A stretch of 32,000 nt of DNA. Source: Puniceicoccales bacterium. Lineage in GTDB: Bacteria > Verrucomicrobiota > Verrucomicrobiia > Opitutales > JAIRLM01. How positions within the stretch are numbered: position 1 is the first letter of the stretch; each line of letters begins with the position of its first letter. The notes below the pieces were generated by a model. That model made no database searches. It worked only from the letters and a program-made list of their open reading frames with translations, and was not told the origin of the DNA. Positions 25,651-32,000 of the stretch are shown here, in pieces. The position numbers were made by a program, and so were the translations under genes. Where the stretch lies: positions 106,619 through 138,618 of the forward strand of contig JAIRWT010000008.1 of assembly GCA_031268795.1 (NCBI GenBank), written 5' to 3'.

Positions 25651-26229
25651 ATGGACTTCCGCAGTATCGTTTCCTCTCTGGACTTTCCGTCCGGTGCGGA
25701 ATATCGCGTTGGGCCCCACGAGGGTGATGGCGATATCCATTCGCTCATTGACATCATTCTATCGGTCATGCGTCGTGGACAATTTTCGTTTGCATTCAGC
25801 GAGTCACTAACCGGCGGAATGTTGAGTGATCTTATTGTTAGTCATTCCGGAGCATCTATCGTTTTTAAGGGCGCGGATGTGGTCTATTCTATTTCCGCCC
25901 ATGAGGATGTCCTTGGCATCCCGGGCGCTTATCTGCGAAATTATGGAATAGAAAGCGTACAAATCGCTACCGTGGCAGCCAAAAGTGTATTAGACAGGTT
26001 TTCCTCAACGCATGCGATATCCATTTCCGGATTTGCGAGCCAATGGGATAGCGTGCCTGTGGCGGAAATTGGAGTTGCCCACATGGCCTTTCAAACACCA
26101 AAAAAGGTACACGTACAACGGGTTGATTTTTCCGTATTTCGTGGGCAAAAGAATCTTATTCGGGAAAAAGCTTGCTATGTTGCAATGAAGATATTCCTCC
26201 AACTACTTTTTGAAGAAGCCGGCCAGTGA
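25651..26229 (+). CDS. pncC: CinA C-terminal domain protein (nicotinamide-nucleotide amidase PncC-like)
   Basis: FSESLTGGMLSDLIVSHSGASIVFKGADVVYS matches the CinA/PncC core (xAESCTGG...GS...GGxVxYS). ATG 25651 chosen because earlier in-frame starts (25465, 25561) overlap ssrA on the other strand. Confidence 0.7.
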   Translation: MDFRSIVSSLDFPSGAEYRVGPHEGDGDIHSLIDIILSVMRRGQFSFAFSESLTGGMLSDLIVSHSGASIVFKGADVVYSISAHEDVLGIPGAYLRNYGIESVQIATVAAKSVLDRFSSTHAISISGFASQWDSVPVAEIGVAHMAFQTPKKVHVQRVDFSVFRGQKNLIREKACYVAMKIFLQLLFEEAGQ

Positions 26230-26240
26230 CACGCACGGAA

Positions 26241-27596
26241 TCACTTTCCAATGCAGAATTGGGAAAATATTTGGTTTAAAATATCTTCGTTCGCATTACG
26301 CCCGAGAATTTTTTCCAAAGACTTGAGCACGAGGTTTAGCTCGGCTGCCACGAGCTCTGGAATTATTTTTTTTTGAAGTAATATTTGCGCCATTTCTATG
26401 CCGTGGATTGCCTCGCGTAAGCACGCGCTTTGGCGTAAATTTACTACGCATGGCAAATCGTCCGGCACGATACGTTTGGCTTCCAGTTCTTGGCAAATGC
26501 GATTTTTAAGTCCGGTGATGTCCTTTGGATTTAGGGCGGAAATAGGGATAATCTCCCAAGGCAATGGCATATGCGGCCAATCCGGAAGCGTGAAAATATC
26601 CCGTTTATTGAGGAGAATGAGTCCTTTTTTTTGTTCAAAGGTTTCCCAATCAAAATGATCCAGATTCGGCAGCGCCTGAGACCCATCAAAAACGAGGAGC
26701 ACAAAATCCGCGATTTCTAGCTTTTCCCTGCTGCGTCGCATGCCCAATTGTTCCAGATCATTCGCCGTCGAATGCAAGCCGGCCGTGTCCACAATGCGTA
26801 AGTTCCATTTGCCAACAGAAATAGATTCCTCCAGAAAATCCCGCGTGGTCCCGGCAATTGGGCTAACCAGGGCGCGCTCTTGTCCCAGGAGTCCGTTAAG
26901 CAAGCTGCTTTTGCCCACATTTGGCGGGCCTATAATCACCGTTCGTACGCCAAGCTGCAATATCGGCCGGTACCTGGCGGTGGATTCCAACTGAGAAAGC
27001 CGATCCAGCGGTGCGCCCAATTCATCCATTATGCGGTACTCGTCTAATGCAAATGGCTCATCCTCTGAAAAATCGATGGCCACCTCCAGCTGGGCCATAA
27101 TTCGAACGAGCTGCTCCCAAATGCCGGCGATTTCCACCCCCAGGGATCCGGTCAGTTGGCCGTTGGCAATGCGTAATGCCGATTCACTTTGAGAATGGAT
27201 TACATCGGCAACCGCCTCTGCCTGAACCAAATCCATTTTACCGTTAAAAAATGCCGTTTTCGTAAATTCTCCAGGTTCAGCCAGGCGACATCCACGATGG
27301 CATAAATCCTCCAAAATTTTTTGGATGATCAATGGGTTTCCGTGGCTAGAAATTTCTAGCATATCCAGCCCTGTATAAGATTTTGGTGCACGGTAATAAA
27401 CCATGATAACGTTGTCCAAAATTAATCCATCGGCGGATCTATAGACTTTTGCATAGGTGCGCCGCGGCTCCGGTTTTAGAGAAAAAATTGATTCACAAAG
27501 CGACAAGCACCCGAAGCCACTGCATCGAATGATGGCAATCGCGGATCTCCCCCACGGAGTGGACAGGGCTACAAACATCGATTCCATAGCGATCAT
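26241..27596 (-). CDS. mnmE: tRNA modification GTPase MnmE
   Basis: N-terminal ALSTPWGRSAIAIIRCSG, G-domain GPPNVGKSSL / DTAG / NKRD, and the invariant C-terminal FCIGK. Confidence 0.92.
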   Translation of the reverse strand: MIAMESMFVALSTPWGRSAIAIIRCSGFGCLSLCESIFSLKPEPRRTYAKVYRSADGLILDNVIMVYYRAPKSYTGLDMLEISSHGNPLIIQKILEDLCHRGCRLAEPGEFTKTAFFNGKMDLVQAEAVADVIHSQSESALRIANGQLTGSLGVEIAGIWEQLVRIMAQLEVAIDFSEDEPFALDEYRIMDELGAPLDRLSQLESTARYRPILQLGVRTVIIGPPNVGKSSLLNGLLGQERALVSPIAGTTRDFLEESISVGKWNLRIVDTAGLHSTANDLEQLGMRRSREKLEIADFVLLVFDGSQALPNLDHFDWETFEQKKGLILLNKRDIFTLPDWPHMPLPWEIIPISALNPKDITGLKNRICQELEAKRIVPDDLPCVVNLRQSACLREAIHGIEMAQILLQKKIIPELVAAELNLVLKSLEKILGRNANEDILNQIFSQFCIGK

Positions 27597-27646
27597 ACCC
27601 TCTTATTCATAAGTCGCATCCATTTGTTTTGCGTACTTGCTGTTAT

Positions 27647-29164
27647 TTATTCGGCGGGTGTGAATTTATTTTTTTCGGGATCAAAAAGGCGCATCTCACA
27701 CATATTAACATGTTCACCATTACTGTCTAGCCACTCGAATTTACCGTTTCGTTTAAATATTAGAATTTGGCTCGGATCAGCCCAGTTGGTCCATACCGCC
27801 GGAATACCTTCTCCTTCTTTTACATCATCCAGGCTATCGATTTTCGGGATAACCGCATTGGCAACATGTGAAACTGAATGATTTATTGACTCGAGTGCGA
27901 ATGAGCAGAGAAGTGGAATAAGCATACCGGGCATGTAGCCTTGTTGTTTTTTTAATTCGAGAAATTTTTCTAAGAATTTGCCCGGATCAATTTCTTCCAG
28001 TACGGGTTGGAGTGCATCTTTATTAAACATTACCTTCACCATCCCTTCGCTATGACCTTCTACGAGAATGTCCCGTCCTAATTCGAGATGTGCTGGCAAT
28101 CCTTTAAGGCTACGAAGAATTGCCTTCCGCACAGGGTTTGGTACGCCGCCCAATTTAAAAAATGCATTAACTGGAATATTAAGGCAAAAGAGACCGGCAA
28201 CTCTGTGCTCGGCGTAACATTGATGCTCTTCATATGTTTGCGAAAGACCCTCTTTTAGACTCGCAACTTTTTGTCTTACATAATAACTTTCTAAATGTTT
28301 CCTAATAATGGGATCTTTTTTAAGTTCCTCTTCAACCTTGGCAATGTTAAAAAACAGTAATTCAGCCGTATCGGAAGCATGATAATTCCCCGCCTGTTGT
28401 GGCCGTTTTTTCTCGAAAATCGCTGCCAACGAACTAACTACAAGTTGGGATGTGGAGCTTTCACTCCTTCTCAGGACTGGATGCATGGTTTCTTTGGCGT
28501 TGTTGGCATCTAAATAATGAAATTCTCCACATTTAAAAAGTTGATCCAGTATTTCAATAATAAGTAAAGGCTCATTGTGCTGCCACCTAATGAATATGCC
28601 AGCGGCAAAACAATCTTTGTCGGATTGAAAATATGGTTTTTCCAATGCGGATAAAATGCATGCGCGATAGCTGTCCGTATCGAAAATGCCGCAATGGCGG
28701 CAGGCCTTTTGGGCCGATTCGGGCAAACTTTCCAATTCTGGCAATACGAGCGCATTAATTTTCTTCTTAATTTCCGGCGCAACTGTCAAAGCGTATTTAC
28801 GTGTCTGTTTACGTGCCGCTGGTGGATTCGGCCATTCCGTTCGCATTTGCATATTTCCTAGAAACATCCAGAAAATGCCAGCACTCGCAGAAGTTGTAAT
28901 TATTCCATAAATCACTATGAAAAATGGAGTTGGCGGCAAAAGAAAATCGAATGCGCTAAGCATTGCCAGAAGAGTTATGCCACCGATAATAAAAATAATT
29001 TTCCAGCGCTTTAATATGATAAGGCATGTTGTCCAACTTTTCGCGCCAGCCATCTCCGCGGGGGAAATGTTGGCAATTGGGGTTGGCATAATCTCAGTAT
29101 GATCAATATAATGCGGAATTCGTTTATAAGGGTCAAATAATTCCACATGCTCTGGGGTGGTCAT
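27647..29164 (-). CDS. hypothetical membrane protein (505 aa) with N-proximal bilobed hydrophobic domain (Inc-like)
   Basis: Residues about 55-103: KIIFIIGGITLLAMLSAFDFLL-PPTP-FFIVIYGIITTSASAGIFWMFLG, two TM helices joined by a 4-aa loop. This is followed by about 400 aa of soluble sequence with no family motif. ATG 29164. Confidence 0.7.
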   Translation of the reverse strand: MTTPEHVELFDPYKRIPHYIDHTEIMPTPIANISPAEMAGAKSWTTCLIILKRWKIIFIIGGITLLAMLSAFDFLLPPTPFFIVIYGIITTSASAGIFWMFLGNMQMRTEWPNPPAARKQTRKYALTVAPEIKKKINALVLPELESLPESAQKACRHCGIFDTDSYRACILSALEKPYFQSDKDCFAAGIFIRWQHNEPLLIIEILDQLFKCGEFHYLDANNAKETMHPVLRRSESSTSQLVVSSLAAIFEKKRPQQAGNYHASDTAELLFFNIAKVEEELKKDPIIRKHLESYYVRQKVASLKEGLSQTYEEHQCYAEHRVAGLFCLNIPVNAFFKLGGVPNPVRKAILRSLKGLPAHLELGRDILVEGHSEGMVKVMFNKDALQPVLEEIDPGKFLEKFLELKKQQGYMPGMLIPLLCSFALESINHSVSHVANAVIPKIDSLDDVKEGEGIPAVWTNWADPSQILIFKRNGKFEWLDSNGEHVNMCEMRLFDPEKNKFTPAE

Positions 29165-29236
29165 CCATCATTAAATAATTAATTAATAATGTAGTTGTAA
29201 AGCAAATAATAACGGAAGCAACTCCTTTGCTGGATC

Positions 29237-29258
29237 CATTCGAATTAGTGATCGAATG
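29237..29258 (-). terminator. hairpin just downstream of pnp (weak terminator or processing site)
   Basis: CATTCGA / TCGAATG 7-bp stem with an 8-nt loop, 12 nt after the pnp stop. No adjacent U-run; only a U-rich stretch after a second 4-bp hairpin. Confidence 0.2.
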
Positions 29259-29269
29259 CGGGAAAGTCA

Positions 29270-31426
29270 TCAGGCTTGGTCAGTGCCCGTAGTTTGAGAT
29301 ACCGCTTTCCGACTGAGGCGGATGCGTCCCTTTGCGTCCAACCCTACACACTTAACGATAATTTGATCGCCGACACGGCAAACGTCATCCATATTTCCGA
29401 TGTGCACATTGGCGAATTCGGAAACATGCACCAATCCCTCCTGCCCCGGAAAGCACTCCACAAATGCTCCAAAATCTTTAACGCTACGAACGATCCCACA
29501 ATATACTTTTCCCGGCTCAATTTCGCCGCAAGAAAATTCAATTTCGCGTATTGTAGCGGAAAGCGCTTCGACGGAGGGGGCAAAGATCATAATTTGCCCG
29601 CTGTTATCCTCTTTAACGTCAATACGCGCTCCCGTAGCTTCAGTGATGCGCTTAATGTTTTTCCCGCCGGGCCCAATGAGTGCACCAATTTTACCCGATG
29701 AGATTGAAAATTGCTGCCAACGAGGGGCACATGGTCGTAGCTCCGCGCGATGCGTCTCCAACGTGGTACCCATGGTTGCAATAATTTCAGCGCGTGCCGA
29801 AGCGCTGCGTTGGACGGCTTCCTTGGCGATGGCAAATGGCAACCCGGGAATTTTTAGATCCAGTTGGAACCCGGTGATCCCAGCGGCCGTTCCCGCAATT
29901 TTAAAATCCATTTCACCATAGTGATCTTCGGCCCCCGTTATATCCGTTAACAGCCGATAGCGCACGATTTGACCATCAATATCACTTTCGCTCATCAGGC
30001 CTATGGAAATGCCGGCAACGGGAGCTAGCAGGGGGACCCCGGCGTCCATAAGCGCGAGCGTCCCACCACAAACCGTCGCCATGGATGATGATCCGTTCGA
30101 TTCCAAAATTTCCGAAACCACTCGGATGGAATAAGGGAATGCGTCCTTATCGGGAATAACCGGTAAAAGTGAACGCTCGGCGAGGGCACCATGGCCAATT
30201 TCCCTTCGCCCGGGAGCACCAAATCTTCCCGTTTCCCCTACGGAAAACGGTGGAAAGTTGTAATGCAAAATGAAGGATTTTTCACTAATTCCACCGGATA
30301 TTCCGTCCAACGATTGGGTATCGCCACCGGATCCCAGGGTGACGCTCACCAATGCTTGAGTTTCGCCGCGTTGAAACAATGAATTCCCATGCACGCATGG
30401 CAAAAAACCCGTGGCGCTGCGAATTGGTCTGATTTCATCCGCTTTCCGGTCGTCCGAGCGACATTCACCGGCCAATATACCCTTGCGGTAAATTTGTTTT
30501 TCCAGCTCGTCAAAAATAACAGTAATTTGGTGCGGTTCTAGATCTGCGCCAAACTTTTCAATGGCAACGGCCTCAGCATTTTCGCGCAAATTTGCGATGG
30601 CTTCTCTCCGGTCCAATTTTTCCGAAAGTTTTAAAGCGGCCCGAACATTTTTGGAGAATTTTTTTTCACAAAACTCAAAAACATCCTTCCGCATGTCGAG
30701 GAGTGGGAAATGCCGTTTGCCCTTCCCGATTTTTTCCGTCAGGCATTTCTGAGCTGCGATAATTGGTTGAATCTGCTCCTGGGCAAAAATCAATGCTTCC
30801 AGAAAGTGTGCTTCTGAAATTTGATCCGCGCTACCCTCAATCATCAACATATCTCTTTCGGTTCCCACGTACAGGAGGTCGAGGGTTGATTCGTAAAGCT
30901 GCTCGTTCGTCGGATTTACTACCCATTTTCCCGAAATCTCACCGATGCGTACACAGCCAATTGGTCCATTCCAAGGAATGTCTGAACAGCACAATGCAGC
31001 GGACGCGCCGTTAATTACCAGCGTATCCGGATCATTTCGGAGATCCGTGGCCAACAAAAGGGCGATCAACTGTGTTTCATTGCGAAATCCATTCGGAAAG
31101 AGTGGACGCACCGGGCGATCGCACAGGCGGGCGATTAGGATCTCCCTTTCCGCGGGCCGTCCCTCCCGACGCGTGTAATTCCCCGGAAAACGCCCGGCTG
31201 CGCAGAATTTTTCGCGATATTCCACACTCAGCGGAAGGTATTCCTTGTCCGCGGAAATATTGCGGTTGGCAACGGCGGTTACAAGGACCACCGTATTTCC
31301 CATTTGAATGGTGATAGCCCCGTTTGCCTGCTTCGCTAGCTCCCCCGTCGATATGGTAATTCCTTGTGTGGCAATGGATTCAACGTGCATCTGCACGGAC
31401 GCGGGGGAAAATTTATAATCGTTCAT
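29270..31426 (-). CDS. pnp: polyribonucleotide nucleotidyltransferase (PNPase)
   Basis: 718 aa with two RNase PH-like domains, a KH domain ([17 protein letters not shown]) and an S1 domain ([32 protein letters not shown]). Classical position downstream of rpsO. Confidence 0.95.
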   Translation of the reverse strand: MNDYKFSPASVQMHVESIATQGITISTGELAKQANGAITIQMGNTVVLVTAVANRNISADKEYLPLSVEYREKFCAAGRFPGNYTRREGRPAEREILIARLCDRPVRPLFPNGFRNETQLIALLLATDLRNDPDTLVINGASAALCCSDIPWNGPIGCVRIGEISGKWVVNPTNEQLYESTLDLLYVGTERDMLMIEGSADQISEAHFLEALIFAQEQIQPIIAAQKCLTEKIGKGKRHFPLLDMRKDVFEFCEKKFSKNVRAALKLSEKLDRREAIANLRENAEAVAIEKFGADLEPHQITVIFDELEKQIYRKGILAGECRSDDRKADEIRPIRSATGFLPCVHGNSLFQRGETQALVSVTLGSGGDTQSLDGISGGISEKSFILHYNFPPFSVGETGRFGAPGRREIGHGALAERSLLPVIPDKDAFPYSIRVVSEILESNGSSSMATVCGGTLALMDAGVPLLAPVAGISIGLMSESDIDGQIVRYRLLTDITGAEDHYGEMDFKIAGTAAGITGFQLDLKIPGLPFAIAKEAVQRSASARAEIIATMGTTLETHRAELRPCAPRWQQFSISSGKIGALIGPGGKNIKRITEATGARIDVKEDNSGQIMIFAPSVEALSATIREIEFSCGEIEPGKVYCGIVRSVKDFGAFVECFPGQEGLVHVSEFANVHIGNMDDVCRVGDQIIVKCVGLDAKGRIRLSRKAVSQTTGTDQA

Positions 31427-31465
31427 CTCTTTAGGAAATAATAATAAACAGAAAAATAAGTAATC

Positions 31466-31729
31466 TTACTTGCGCAATCCTAAATTCTTGACGAGCGCTA
31501 AATAGCGATCGGCATCATTCCGTTTAACGTAGGCAAGAAGTCTTCTGCGTCGGCTTGCCATGGCAACCAAGCCACGCCTGGAGTGAAAATCCTTCCTGTG
31601 CATTTTTAAATGTGCCGTCAATTGATTAATGCGTGCCGTCAAAAGGGCCACCTGCACCTCCGGCGAACCGGTATCTTTCTCGCTTAATTTATGTTCCGCG
31701 ATAATCGCAAATTTGTCTATCGTTCCCAT
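31466..31729 (-). CDS. rpsO: 30S ribosomal protein S15
   Basis: 87 aa from ATG 31729: [52 protein letters not shown] is colinear with E. coli S15. The longer ORF-track N-terminus is not conserved-looking. Confidence 0.92.
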   Translation of the reverse strand: MGTIDKFAIIAEHKLSEKDTGSPEVQVALLTARINQLTAHLKMHRKDFHSRRGLVAMASRRRRLLAYVKRNDADRYLALVKNLGLRK

Positions 31730-32000
31730 CGTCAGTAACCAAATCGCATGGCTTTTATGGCGCGGCTTACACGCCAGAATTACAGCCCCGGGCCACAATT
31801 CCGTTCAACTCATCCAACGACGAGTACCACGGGGATATCCCCTCACGCAAAGTAATCGCATCAAGCCTCATATTTTTTGGCAAGAAAAAAATAGAACAAC
31901 TCCGCCGGGTGCCATCGGTTCGCGCCTAGGCACACGGCCTTGCCGATTCGGCAAAAGGCATAGGAATTCTTCGCCCGTGCAATCACCGGTAAGGCGGAAT

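Noticed and set aside
1-32000. Looked for CRISPR arrays, IS elements or transposases, integrases, prophage genes, tRNA and rRNA genes
   Set aside because: No regularly spaced direct repeats, no terminal inverted repeats flanking an ORF, no recombinase-like ORF, and no tRNA-like T-arm/acceptor combination other than the tmRNA. A GGGTTCGAA string at about 17691 lies inside the murB/ddl overlap and has no complementary stem.

Overview
Gene-dense bacterial chromosomal window, mostly housekeeping genes. Calls rest on motifs read by eye, without database searches. On the + strand: rho, a CPBP protease, lepB-murD, rpoD, a 33-aa bS22-like peptide, tsaD and a CinA/PncC-domain gene. On the - strand: GH13 debranching enzyme, ABC exporter, EamA-type transporter, ftsQ-ddl-murB, an LptF/G permease, a GNAT, ssrA (tmRNA), mnmE, pnp and rpsO. 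Lineage-specific genes sit between these. (i) A 1139-aa orphan ORF is followed by an LcrH/SycD-type type III secretion (T3SS) chaperone-like TPR gene with its own promoter and terminator. (ii) A 2.4-kb islet of four small orphan genes lies between murD and ftsQ; two carry paired TM helices and one a C-terminal glycine zipper. (iii) A 291-aa orphan follows an unusually long gap that contains a G6 tract able to fuse it to an upstream ATG-initiated ORF. (iv) A 505-aa protein with an Inc-like bilobed hydrophobic domain is wedged between pnp and mnmE. The T3SS chaperone, the Inc-like proteins and a murB-ddl-ftsQ block with no ftsA/ftsZ suggest a PVC-superphylum, Chlamydiae-like organism, but this is inference only. 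Rho appears to lack the N-terminal helix bundle. I saw no CRISPR array, transposase, integrase, tRNA or rRNA. The best candidate for something new is the set of putative secretion substrates: the orphan plus chaperone module, the small-protein islet and the Inc-like protein.
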